DNA from: Bacteroidales bacterium
Lineage (GTDB): Bacteria; Bacteroidota; Bacteroidia; Bacteroidales; FEN-979
NCBI GenBank assembly: GCA_038244085.1
Contig: JBBRTX010000018.1
Span: 6,621-70,620, forward strand
DNA: 64,000 bases
Direction of reading: 5' to 3'
Made by a program: the position numbers and the translations under genes. The notes under the pieces are model-generated. The model searched no databases. It was given only the letters and a program-made list of their open reading frames with translations, and was not told the DNA's origin. Numbering within the stretch: the stretch's first letter is position 1; the number at the start of each line of letters is the position of its first letter. Of this stretch, positions 17,892 through 26,428 are shown in pieces.

Positions 17892-18860
17892 ATGGAGCCG
17901 ATCATCCCACCCGTTGACAAACACCTGCTGGAAGAGGAACTGAATAATAGTCATTTTGTAAGAACCACGAACAACGGGAACAAAAAGATTTATGTTTTTA
18001 CGGCTCATGATGCCCCGAACCTGATGAAGGAACTGGGAAGACTTCGGGAAATCACTTTCCGTGAGGCCGGAGGCGGTACGGGCCTTTCGGTTGATATTGA
18101 CCAATTTGATACTGCCACCCATCCATTCAACCAGCTCATTGTCTGGGACCCGGTTGAAAAGGAAATCATCGGAGGATACCGTTTTATTCATGGCAAGGAT
18201 ATACCCTGCGATGTTGCAGGTTGCCTGAACAGTGCCACAGCCGAGCTTTTCGAATTTTCCGACCGGTTTAACCGGGATTATCTTTCCCAATCCATTGAAT
18301 TGGGAAGGTCTTTTGTTCAGCCGGAATACCAACCGACCATCAATTTGAAAAGAGGACTTTATTCGCTTGATAATCTCTGGGATGGATTGGGAGCCATGAT
18401 CATTGACAATCCGGATATTAAATTTTTTTTCGGAAAAATGACCATGTATCCCGATTATGACAAGACTTCCCGGGATATCATCCTTTACTTTCTGAGAAAA
18501 TATTTCCCTGACAAAGAACATCTTCTCACACCGAAATTCCCGGTAAAAATTGAAACCGGAGATGATTATATCGCTCCGCTATTTACGGGCAGCACCTATG
18601 AGGAAAATTACAAGATTCTCATCCAGCAAATCCGGAAGCATCACGAAAATATCCCGCCGCTGGTAAATGCTTACATGAACCTCTCCCCCACAATGGTCAC
18701 TTTCGGAACATGCCTGAATCATGAGTTTGGTGAAGTGGAAGAAACCGGGATCCTGATCAACATCGAGGACATCTATCCCAGGAAAAAAGAGCGGCATCTT
18801 ACCTCCTACATGAAAAGGCTCGGTTCGCTTACCAATCTCAAATTGAGGAGAAGAAAGTGA
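17892..18860 (+). CDS. glsB: GNAT-fold (OlsB/hemolysin-like) amino-acid N-acyltransferase (GlsB-like)
   Basis: 322-aa ORF with ...LGRLREITFREAGGGTG... and GRSFVQPEYQ, typical of the Acetyltransf_5/OlsB-like family. Adjacent to the PlsC-family gene. Confidence 0.65.
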   Translation: MEPIIPPVDKHLLEEELNNSHFVRTTNNGNKKIYVFTAHDAPNLMKELGRLREITFREAGGGTGLSVDIDQFDTATHPFNQLIVWDPVEKEIIGGYRFIHGKDIPCDVAGCLNSATAELFEFSDRFNRDYLSQSIELGRSFVQPEYQPTINLKRGLYSLDNLWDGLGAMIIDNPDIKFFFGKMTMYPDYDKTSRDIILYFLRKYFPDKEHLLTPKFPVKIETGDDYIAPLFTGSTYEENYKILIQQIRKHHENIPPLVNAYMNLSPTMVTFGTCLNHEFGEVEETGILINIEDIYPRKKERHLTSYMKRLGSLTNLKLRRRK

Positions 18861-19324
18861 TTCAAATGGAACCCGGCCGGTTTAACATCAGAATTTATGG
18901 ATTGTTAATCGATGATGGGAAAATCCTGGTCAGTGATGAATTCCGTCTTGGGATCCTGATGACCAAATTCCCCGGTGGTGGCCTGATATATGGCGAAGGG
19001 ATCCTTGACTGCCTGAAACGGGAATTCCTCGAAGAGCTGAATACCCCGATTGAAATCCGCTCGCATTTTTATACGACAGAAAATTTTTTTTCAACAAAAC
19101 TGCTACCTTTCGAATCTCAGCTGATTAATGTCTATTATTTGGTAAAAGCTGAAAAGCCTTATGCATTTAATACGACGGAGAAAAAATTTGATTTTGCGGA
19201 AAAGAAAGATGGAGCGCAGCGTTTCAGATGGCTTGATATCTCAATGCTGGATCCGGATGAATTTACTTTCCCGGTTGATCAGATTGTTGTTGAAAGGCTG
19301 AAAAACCTCCCTTATGGATTCTAA
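18857..19324 (+). CDS. Nudix hydrolase
   Basis: Nudix box GGLIYGEGILDCLKREFLEELN (GX5EX7REUXEE). GTG start overlaps the upstream stop by 4 nt; alternative ATG at 18866. Confidence 0.85.
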   Translation: MIQMEPGRFNIRIYGLLIDDGKILVSDEFRLGILMTKFPGGGLIYGEGILDCLKREFLEELNTPIEIRSHFYTTENFFSTKLLPFESQLINVYYLVKAEKPYAFNTTEKKFDFAEKKDGAQRFRWLDISMLDPDEFTFPVDQIVVERLKNLPYGF

Positions 19325-19347
19325 GAAACGGGAAAAACAAAGCGATT

Positions 19348-20070
19348 ATGTTAGAAAGTATCAATATTGAAAGTATCCTCTTCCTTGATATCGAGACGGT
19401 TCCGATGACAAGCCGGTATGAGGAAATGTCTGAAACTTTCCGGAATTTATGGAACAAAAAAGCTGATATCCTGATAAAAAACGATCGGATTCCCGGAGAG
19501 GAAAAGACCCCGGAGACCCTATTTCAGCGGGCGGGAATTTATGCAGAATTCGGCCGGATTGTTTGTATTTCAACTGCCATCTTCCGGAATCAATCCCTCT
19601 GGATGAAATCCTTTTATGGAAAGGATGAGAAAGTACTGCTTAAAGAATTTTCCTCCATGCTGGTCAAGGCCGGCGAAAAGAAGATCCTTTTTCTCTGTGC
19701 CCATAACGGAAAGGAATTTGATTACCCATTCATCATCCGGCGGATGCTCGTAAATGCCATTCCCGTGCCCGCAATACTGGATCTGAGCATGAAAAAGCCT
19801 TGGGAAGTGAACCATCTTGACACGATGGAACTCTGGAAATTCGGAGATTATAAAAACTATACCTCTCTGGAAGTGCTGGCAGCGCTTTTTGGAATCCCTA
19901 CTCCGAAAGAGGATATCGCAGGAAATGATGTCGCCAGGGTCTATTACGAAGAAGACGATCTGCCGCGCATTGTCACCTATTGTCAGAAAGATGTGCTCAC
20001 CATTGTCAATCTCTTTCGAAAATTTAAAGGCCAGGAAATACTCAACGAAGACCAGGTGAATTATGCTTAA
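19348..20070 (+). CDS. DEDDy-type 3'-5' exonuclease (RNase H fold, PolB-exonuclease-like)
   Basis: 240-aa ORF with Exo motifs LFLDIETVP (DxE), AHNGKEFDYPF and YCQKDVLT (Yx3D). Confidence 0.8.
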   Translation: MLESINIESILFLDIETVPMTSRYEEMSETFRNLWNKKADILIKNDRIPGEEKTPETLFQRAGIYAEFGRIVCISTAIFRNQSLWMKSFYGKDEKVLLKEFSSMLVKAGEKKILFLCAHNGKEFDYPFIIRRMLVNAIPVPAILDLSMKKPWEVNHLDTMELWKFGDYKNYTSLEVLAALFGIPTPKEDIAGNDVARVYYEEDDLPRIVTYCQKDVLTIVNLFRKFKGQEILNEDQVNYA

Positions 20071-20842
20071 ATCTAAAACCGCCATAAACGGCATCCGACC
20101 CATTTTAATTGTGATGATCCTAGTTCTCTTCATCTCCTGCCATCGGAAATCAGCATCAGATCATTTCAGTATTGAAGGCAAGGTGACAAACGGCGCAGGA
20201 CGTAAAATCATTCTCTCGGAGATGGGCATAAACGATGTCATTCCGCTTGATTCGGTGAACACTGACCCTGAAGGAAAGTTCTCTTTATCATGTGAAATGA
20301 AAGAACCCGGCTTTTACCTATTGACGTTCTCAAATGTGAAAATCATTCTTGTACCGCAAGCTGGCGAAAAGATGTTGTTGCAGGCGGACCTGTCAAGACC
20401 TTCCCGAACCTATGAAGTCAGCGGCTCAGAGGATACCCGGCTGCTCAGGAAATTTTTAGTGGAATCTGCCGTAAATATGACCCGGATTGATTCCGTGAAA
20501 GAAGTTCTTCTGCAGCATGAGGATCATGAGGATTTTTATGTAGTCAGTATGCAGGCAGATTCAGCCTTTCAAAAAATTTCCCATGATCAGACCCGGCTGG
20601 AAAAGCAATTCATTGATGCACATCCTCACTCATTGGCCTCGCTGATCGTTCTGAGTTATTCACTTGGCGGAGGACCTGTTCTGGATGAAGAAGAATATTT
20701 CGGTTATTATAAAAAACTCGACAGTACTTTAACGAAGACCTATCCCTCGAACAAGCATGTCCTTTACCATCACCGGCGGGTGGAAGAGATGAAAGACAGG
20801 AATGAAGCAATGAAAGGGATGGGAAAGTCACGAAAAAAATGA
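20063..20842 (+). CDS. Lipoprotein, DUF4369-like N-terminal domain, no thioredoxin domain (function unknown)
   Basis: Lipobox ...LVLFISC. FSIEGKVTNGAGRKIILSE...DPEGKFSL...PGFYLLTF resembles the N-terminal beta-sandwich of Bacteroidete TlpA-like proteins, but no CxxC domain follows. ATG overlaps the upstream stop by 8 nt. Confidence 0.6.
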   Translation: MLKSKTAINGIRPILIVMILVLFISCHRKSASDHFSIEGKVTNGAGRKIILSEMGINDVIPLDSVNTDPEGKFSLSCEMKEPGFYLLTFSNVKIILVPQAGEKMLLQADLSRPSRTYEVSGSEDTRLLRKFLVESAVNMTRIDSVKEVLLQHEDHEDFYVVSMQADSAFQKISHDQTRLEKQFIDAHPHSLASLIVLSYSLGGGPVLDEEEYFGYYKKLDSTLTKTYPSNKHVLYHHRRVEEMKDRNEAMKGMGKSRKK

Positions 20843-20888
20843 TGGGTCAGGTTAACCCTTTTGTTTAGATTTGCTGATTATTATCCAG

Positions 20889-21659
20889 ATGCAGAAAAAG
20901 ATTTATTTCTCTTCCGATTTTCATTTCGGTATCCCGGATCACGACAGCAGTCTGAAGCGGGAGAAACGCTTTGTGGAATGGCTGGAGATGGCGCGCACGG
21001 ATGCAGCGGAGATTTACCTGATGGGAGATCTCTTTGATTTCTGGTTCGAATACAAAAAAGCCATTCCCCGGGGTTATGTAAGACTGTTGGGAAAACTTGC
21101 GGAGCTGACTGATTCGGGTATTCATATCCATCTTTTCAGAGGAAACCATGATATGTGGGCCTTCAATTACCTGAATCGTGAATTAAATATCCAGCTTCAC
21201 CGGGATCCGGAGATCCGGAAGTTCGGAGACAAGACTTTTTATCTTGCCCATGGCGACGGATTGGGCCCGGGCGATCTGGGTTACAAGTTCATCAAAAAAG
21301 TCTTCCAGTTGCGGTTTAACCAATGGCTGTTCCGTCAGCTTCATCCGGATCTGGGAATCGGACTCGGACTTTACTGGTCAGGAAGAAGCCGGCTTGCCAA
21401 TCAACTCAAGGAAAATACAGCCAGGGAGGATATTGCGATTGTGAATTCACGCTTGGTAAACCATTCAAAATCAGTTCTTTTACAGCATCCCGAAATCGAC
21501 TATTTCGTTTATGGCCACGTGCATGTCCCGCTCAACATCGAAATTGGCAATCACACGCACCAGATCAGCCTGGGTGACTGGCTGACCCATTTTTCGTATG
21601 CGGTTTTCGATGGGGAAAAGCTTGAACTGAAAAAGTTCCCGGTTTCCGGAAAGGAATAA
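20889..21659 (+). CDS. lpxH: UDP-2,3-diacylglucosamine diphosphatase (LpxH-type metallophosphoesterase)
   Basis: Calcineurin-like motifs SDFHFG, GDLFDFWFEY, GNHDMW, AHGDG and GHVHVP. Start taken at ATG 20889 (MQKKIYFSSDFHFG). Confidence 0.85.
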   Translation: MQKKIYFSSDFHFGIPDHDSSLKREKRFVEWLEMARTDAAEIYLMGDLFDFWFEYKKAIPRGYVRLLGKLAELTDSGIHIHLFRGNHDMWAFNYLNRELNIQLHRDPEIRKFGDKTFYLAHGDGLGPGDLGYKFIKKVFQLRFNQWLFRQLHPDLGIGLGLYWSGRSRLANQLKENTAREDIAIVNSRLVNHSKSVLLQHPEIDYFVYGHVHVPLNIEIGNHTHQISLGDWLTHFSYAVFDGEKLELKKFPVSGKE

Positions 21660-21666
21660 AAAAAAA

Positions 21667-21693
21667 GAGGCCATCGTTTAAGGATCGCCTCTT
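21667..21693. terminator. Probable bidirectional terminator between lpxH and the ferredoxin gene
   Basis: The sequence is aaaaaaaaaGAGGCCATCgtttaagGATCGCCTCttcaaaa. It forms a 9-bp stem with one mismatch, an A-run upstream and a weak T-tract downstream. Confidence 0.5.
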
Positions 21694-21712
21694 CAAAATC
21701 ATACTGCTTTTC

Positions 21713-21880
21713 TTATGCAGGATGAATGGCCTCAACAGGGCAAACATCAGCACATGCGCCACAATCGGTGCAGGTTTCCGGATCAATTTTATAAATGTCG
21801 CCTTCAGTGATTGCTTCAACCGGACATTCATCGATACAAGTACCACATGCAGTACAATCTTCATTTATTTTGTAAGCCAT
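21713..21880 (-). CDS. 2x[4Fe-4S] ferredoxin (55 aa)
   Basis: Below the ORF-track size cutoff. My translation is MAYKINEDCTACGTCIDECPVEAITEGDIYKIDPETCTDCGACADVCPVEAIHPA, with two CxxCxxCxxxCP motifs. ATG at 21878-21880, TAA at 21713-21715. Confidence 0.92.
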   Translation of the reverse strand: MAYKINEDCTACGTCIDECPVEAITEGDIYKIDPETCTDCGACADVCPVEAIHPA

Positions 21881-21924
21881 GACTACAGAATTTTTGCCGC
21901 TAAAAAGCAGGCAGGTTTAAAACT

Positions 21925-21945
21925 TATTTTTGCATTGCAAATATA
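21925..21945. promoter_or_regulatory. 21-bp near-palindrome carrying two opposed -7 boxes (TATTTTTG on +, TATATTTG on -)
   Basis: TATTTTTGCAtTGCAAATATA: the half-sites are reverse complements except for one base. Each half is an exact TAnnTTTG match on its own strand. The minus-strand box is 58 nt upstream of the ferredoxin ATG. Confidence 0.5.
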
Positions 21946-22033
21946 CGATTTTTTCAAACACGCAAAAGATTGAGATTTTTATGTCGGAGTAAAAAATAAA
22001 GGTTCTTTTTCTTTCCATTCGGATTGGAATTGG

Positions 22034-22041
22034 TAACTTTG
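22034..22041 (+). promoter_or_regulatory. Candidate -7 promoter box (TAACTTTG) for korAB
   Basis: Exact TAnnTTTG match, 28 nt upstream of ATG 22069. It lies inside the ORF-track TTG-extended N-terminus. Confidence 0.5.
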
Positions 22042-22068
22042 CCACTTCTTAAAAAAACATCCTTTACT

Positions 22069-23919
22069 ATGACGAAGAAAAAAAGAAATGTTGTTGAGAG
22101 GGAGTCTGTTGTCGTTAAGTTCGTCGGAGATTCCGGCGACGGAATGCAGCTCATCGGCGACATGTTTTCCGAAGTAGCCGTCCTGGCTGGTAACGATCTT
22201 GCTACCTTTCCTGACTTTCCCGCTGAGATCCGTGCTCCCCATAATACCGTTGCCGGTGTTTCTGGTTTCCAGGTTCATCTGGGAAGCAGTAAAGTCCATA
22301 CAACAGGTGATCTGGTAGATGTTCTCATCGCCATGAACCCTGCATCATTGAAAGCCAACCTGAAATGGGCACAAAAAGGTGCGACCATTCTCACAGATAC
22401 AGATGCTTACGATGAAAAATCTGTTGAAAAAGCAGGATATAAAACAGATCCGCTCGCCGACAGTTCACTCGAGAGCTATAATGTCATCAAAGCCCCTATC
22501 ACCACGCTGACCAAGGAGAGCCTGAAGAGCATGAATATTGACAACAAGATTGCTGAGCGAAGCAAGAATATGTTCTCCCTCGGTATGTTGTATTACATCT
22601 TCGACAGGGATCTTCATCCTTCCTTTCATTATTTCGAGAAGAGATTTAAGAAGAAACCGGAACTGGTGGAAATCAATAAAGTGGTACTCCAGGCAGGATA
22701 TAATTATGCCGAGACCATTGAGGCACTTGAATCTGTCATCCAGGTATCTGCTGCCAAAATGCCCAAGGGTCATTACCGGAGTATAACCGGAAACATAGGA
22801 ACGGCGTGGGGATTACTTGCTGCAGCAGAGAAATCGGGCAGACCGCTTTTCCTTGGCTCTTATCCCATTACCCCGGCCACGGAGATCCTGATGGAACTTT
22901 CAAAACATAAATCACTTGGTGCAAAAGTATTCCAGGCGGAAGATGAAATCGCCGGTATCTGTTCAGCCATTGGCGCCAGTTACACCGGTTCACTAGCCTG
23001 TACTTCCACTTCAGGACCCGGCTTATCGCTCAAGAGTGAAGCCATCGGCCTCGCCGTGATAACAGAATTGCCTCTGGTAATCGTCGATGTTCAGCGCGGC
23101 GGTCCTTCAACGGGATTACCCACCAAATCGGAACAGTCGGATCTTTACCAGGCCCTTTTCGGACGTAACGGTGAATGCCCGGTGATCGTCATCGCTGCTT
23201 CCACTTCCGAAAACTGTTTTTATTATGCCTATGAAGCTGCAAAACTCTCATTGGAGCATATGACGCCTTGTATTCTTCTCTCCGATGGTTACCTGGCCTT
23301 TGGTTCTGCCCTTTTCAGAATCCCGAAGATGTCAGATCTGCCGGATATCAATCCTCCACTCGCTGAGGCCAATGATCCTGATTATGCTCCATTCAGGCGT
23401 GACCCGAAAACACTGGTTCGCCAGTGGGCCATCCCAGGAACAGAAGGACTGCGTCATCGTATCGGCGGACTCGAGAAAGAAGATATCACCGGAGTGGTTA
23501 CCACCGATCCGATGAATCACCAGAAAATGATCAACTTCCGTAACGATAAAGTTGAGAAAATTGCTGATTTTATTCCCCTGCAACCCGTTGATGGCGAACC
23601 CACAGGCGACCTCCTGGTCGTGAGCTGGGGCGGCACCTTCGGAGCCGTTCATTCTGCGGTTGAGGAAGTGCGGGAAAGCGGAAAGAAAATCAGCCATGCA
23701 CATTTTCATCATATCATGCCGCTCCCGAAAAATACAGGGAAAATCATGGCAGGTTTTAAGAAAATCGTGGTTTGTGAGCTGAACAGCGGACAATTTGTAA
23801 ATTACCTGAGAATGAAACACCCAAGTGCCAGTTATTCTCAATACAACAAGGTGCAGGGACTTCCGTTCATGATCAATGAATTAACAGATAAATTTAACCA
23901 ATTGCTGGAGGAAAAATAA
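22069..23919 (+). CDS. korA: 2-oxoglutarate/2-oxoacid:ferredoxin oxidoreductase, alpha subunit
   Basis: ~616 aa. Fused gamma-like and alpha domains (VVKFVGDSGDGMQLIG..., GSYPITPATEIL, GPGLSLKSEAIGLAV). Translationally coupled to the beta subunit (ATG 23919 overlaps the TAA). Confidence 0.9.
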   Translation: MTKKKRNVVERESVVVKFVGDSGDGMQLIGDMFSEVAVLAGNDLATFPDFPAEIRAPHNTVAGVSGFQVHLGSSKVHTTGDLVDVLIAMNPASLKANLKWAQKGATILTDTDAYDEKSVEKAGYKTDPLADSSLESYNVIKAPITTLTKESLKSMNIDNKIAERSKNMFSLGMLYYIFDRDLHPSFHYFEKRFKKKPELVEINKVVLQAGYNYAETIEALESVIQVSAAKMPKGHYRSITGNIGTAWGLLAAAEKSGRPLFLGSYPITPATEILMELSKHKSLGAKVFQAEDEIAGICSAIGASYTGSLACTSTSGPGLSLKSEAIGLAVITELPLVIVDVQRGGPSTGLPTKSEQSDLYQALFGRNGECPVIVIAASTSENCFYYAYEAAKLSLEHMTPCILLSDGYLAFGSALFRIPKMSDLPDINPPLAEANDPDYAPFRRDPKTLVRQWAIPGTEGLRHRIGGLEKEDITGVVTTDPMNHQKMINFRNDKVEKIADFIPLQPVDGEPTGDLLVVSWGGTFGAVHSAVEEVRESGKKISHAHFHHIMPLPKNTGKIMAGFKKIVVCELNSGQFVNYLRMKHPSASYSQYNKVQGLPFMINELTDKFNQLLEEK

Positions 23920-24962
23920 TGGATGATTTCATAAATAAAACTGTTGAAAGATCAGATGTTCAATTGACCAAGACCGATTTCGAAAGCGATCAGATGGTCA
24001 AATGGTGCCCGGGTTGCGGAGCACACGCCATCCTGAGCGCGGTGGAAAGGGTGTTCCCTAAAATCGGTTATCGCAAGGAAAACTTCTGTGTGGTTTCAGG
24101 TATTGGATGTTCATCCCGTTTTCCTTACTATGTAAATACATACGGAATTCATGGTATTCACGGCCGGGCTATGGCCATCGGTACCGGGGTCAAGATTGCC
24201 AATCCCCGCCTCAGTACCTGGATTGCGACCGGTGACGGCGACTCGCTTGCCATCGGCGGAAATCACTTTATCCATATCATTCGCCGGAATGTAGACGTAA
24301 ATGTGCTCCTTTTCAATAACCAGATCTACGGCCTTACCAAAGGACAATATTCACCGACCACCCCCATGGGTAAAGTCACAAAGACTTCACCCTTCGGAAC
24401 CATAGAACATCCTTTCAACATCGGCGAACTCGTTATGGGCGCCCAGGGTACTTTTTTTGCCCGGGTTCCGGATAACAACATCAATATGATGACCGAAGCC
24501 ATGTTCGAAGCAGCAAAACATGACGGGACTTCCATCATTGAGATCCTCCAGAACTGTATCATCTTTGCCGATAAAGCACATTTTGATGTCATTGGAAAAG
24601 AAGTGAAGGACGATTCCATGCTGCTTCTTAAAAACGGAGAACCCATGCTATTTGGCAAAAACCATGAAAAAGGTTTACGTTTGAAAGATACCCTGCTTGA
24701 AGTCGTTGAAATCGGCAAAAAAGGTATCACCATCGACGATATCCTTGTTCATGATCAATATAACCAGGATCCTGGAATTCATACCATGCTGGCAAAACTC
24801 GCTCCGCCGCACTTCCCGATGGTTTTCGGGGTGATCCGCTCGGCCATGTTCCCCACCTATGATGACCTCGTGGAAGAACAGATGAAACATGCCAAGGAAA
24901 CATCCAAAATCAAAAACATGGATGACCTGCTGAATTCAGGAGATACCTGGGAAATCAAGTAG
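23919..24962 (+). CDS. korB: 2-oxoglutarate/2-oxoacid:ferredoxin oxidoreductase, beta (TPP-binding) subunit
   Basis: 347 aa with WCPGCGAH and the TPP motif GDGDSLAIGGNHFIH...NNQIYGLTKGQ. Confidence 0.9.
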   Translation: MDDFINKTVERSDVQLTKTDFESDQMVKWCPGCGAHAILSAVERVFPKIGYRKENFCVVSGIGCSSRFPYYVNTYGIHGIHGRAMAIGTGVKIANPRLSTWIATGDGDSLAIGGNHFIHIIRRNVDVNVLLFNNQIYGLTKGQYSPTTPMGKVTKTSPFGTIEHPFNIGELVMGAQGTFFARVPDNNINMMTEAMFEAAKHDGTSIIEILQNCIIFADKAHFDVIGKEVKDDSMLLLKNGEPMLFGKNHEKGLRLKDTLLEVVEIGKKGITIDDILVHDQYNQDPGIHTMLAKLAPPHFPMVFGVIRSAMFPTYDDLVEEQMKHAKETSKIKNMDDLLNSGDTWEIK

Positions 24963-24984
24963 TAAAATCTTTCAGTTCATCGGA

Positions 24985-25017
24985 AACCCGTCAGCAAAAC
25001 TGGCGGGTTTTCTTTTT
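24985..25017 (+). terminator. Rho-independent terminator of korAB
   Basis: AACCCGTCAGcaaaaCTGGCGGGTTttcttttt: a 10-bp stem (one G-U), a 5-nt loop and a T-rich tail. Confidence 0.85.
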
Positions 25018-25030
25018 GCCGTGATTTTAT

Positions 25031-25038
25031 TAACTTTG
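25031..25038 (+). promoter_or_regulatory. Candidate -7 promoter box (TAACTTTG) for tilS
   Basis: Exact TAnnTTTG match ending only 5 nt before ATG 25044, which implies a leaderless or near-leaderless mRNA. Confidence 0.45.
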
Positions 25039-25043
25039 TAGGT

Positions 25044-26378
25044 ATGGTGAATGCCTTTATTTCCTTTATTGAAAAAGATGATCTTTTTAAAAAAGAAGAT
25101 AAAATCCTGCTGGCAGTCAGCGGAGGAATGGACTCCATCGTGATGTGTGCTCTTTTTCACCAGGCGAAATTTGCTTTTGGGATTGCCCATTGTAACTTCA
25201 TGCTTCGAGGCGAAGAATCAACCGGAGACGAGGATTTTGTGAGGAAAACGGCCGAAAAATACCATGTTCCTTTTTTTACAAAAAAGTTCGATACCCGGTA
25301 TTTTGCTGAGCAGAATGGAATATCAATTCAGATGGCTGCACGGGATCTGCGGTATGAATGGTTCTCGGAACTGCTGCAAAGTTTTCATTTCGATTATGTT
25401 GCCACCGCCCATCACCTGGACGATGAAATTGAGACCTTTTTCATCAACCTGAGCCGCCAGAGCGGTATTGCAGGTTTTCATGGCATCCTTTCCAAAAAAG
25501 GAAAACTGATCCGTCCTTTGCTCTTTGCGAGCAAAAAAGAAATCCGGGATTATGTGAAAAAAAACGCGATCGCATTTCGGGAAGACAGTTCCAACCAGGA
25601 AACAAAATACCTGAGGAATAAGATCCGCCACGAGATCCTGCCGCTGTTTGGGGAGATCAACCCGGATATCAACACGATCATCTCGGGAAATATACACCGG
25701 ATCAGGGAAGCAGAGATGATATTTCGTGAAGCCATCGAACAACAAAGGAAAAAAATCCTGCAGACCGATAAAAACTGCATTATTCTCCCGATTGAAAAGC
25801 TGAAGGCGTTACACCCGATTTCCACTTTTACTTTTGAGTTATTATCCCCATTCGGGTTTAACCTGGCCCTGGTCAATGAGATCATCGCCTCACTGGATCA
25901 TACACCCGGCAAAACCTGGTTCTCTGCCACTCATCGTCTGATTAAGGACCGGAAAAATCTCATTATCTCAAATTTAAAAGATCAGAAATCTCCTGCTCAT
26001 GAGCCAATCATGATCTGCGCTGAAACCCGAGTGATCACAGCGCCTGTGCATTTGTTTTTTAATAAAATCCCAAAAGACCGGTCCTTTAAAATTGACGGGG
26101 CAGCGTCGGTCGCAAATCTCGATGTTCATAAACTCACTTTCCCGCTGATCATCCGGAAATGGGAAAAGGGTGATCACTTTTATCCATTTGGAACAGGGCA
26201 CAAGAAAAAACTGAGTGATTTTTTTACCGATCTGAAGCTTTCTCTGGCTGACAAAGAATCAATCTGGCTGCTCTGTTCCGGGGAGAAGATCGTTTGGGTG
26301 ATCGGTTACCGGATCGATCATCGGTTTCGTATTACCCCCGCTACGAAGGAGGTTTATATGATCAAATGCAAGAATTAA
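25044..26378 (+). CDS. tilS: tRNA(Ile)-lysidine synthetase
   Basis: 444 aa with PP-loop LLAVSGGMDS, TAHHLDDEIETF and a C-terminal TilS substrate-binding region. Confidence 0.9.
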   Translation: MVNAFISFIEKDDLFKKEDKILLAVSGGMDSIVMCALFHQAKFAFGIAHCNFMLRGEESTGDEDFVRKTAEKYHVPFFTKKFDTRYFAEQNGISIQMAARDLRYEWFSELLQSFHFDYVATAHHLDDEIETFFINLSRQSGIAGFHGILSKKGKLIRPLLFASKKEIRDYVKKNAIAFREDSSNQETKYLRNKIRHEILPLFGEINPDINTIISGNIHRIREAEMIFREAIEQQRKKILQTDKNCIILPIEKLKALHPISTFTFELLSPFGFNLALVNEIIASLDHTPGKTWFSATHRLIKDRKNLIISNLKDQKSPAHEPIMICAETRVITAPVHLFFNKIPKDRSFKIDGAASVANLDVHKLTFPLIIRKWEKGDHFYPFGTGHKKKLSDFFTDLKLSLADKESIWLLCSGEKIVWVIGYRIDHRFRITPATKEVYMIKCKN

Positions 26379-26428
26379 AATATTTCCTACCTTTACCACC
26401 CACTAATCACAGTAAACTTTTGTCAAAA

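Noticed and set aside
17871-18521. 216-aa ORF on the minus strand, the longest unannotated ORF in the track.
   Set aside because: It is codon-for-codon antisense to the confidently identified GNAT N-acyltransferase gene ((18519-17892) is divisible by 3). Such frames stay open when the sense gene avoids TTA/CTA/TCA codons. It has no motifs and low-complexity composition.
21565-21864. 99-aa minus-strand ORF and 83-aa plus-strand ORF (21722-21973) covering the lpxH-korA spacer.
   Set aside because: A different minus-strand frame (21713-21880) encodes a textbook 55-aa 2x[4Fe-4S] ferredoxin with its own -7 box. The longer ORFs have no motifs and overlap lpxH or the terminator.
26294-26428. ORF-track N-terminal extensions, here dsbD starting at 26294 inside tilS. 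Others are 5215 (sppA), 11982 (mutS2), 20871 (lpxH), 22024 (korA), 38832 (M20), 38874 (sucA), 46099 (FG-GAP) and 48551 (skp).
   Set aside because: The extensions start at non-ATG codons. They overlap upstream genes or the -7 promoter boxes, and they precede an ATG that yields a canonical N-terminus or signal peptide. The trimmed coordinates are used in the feature list.
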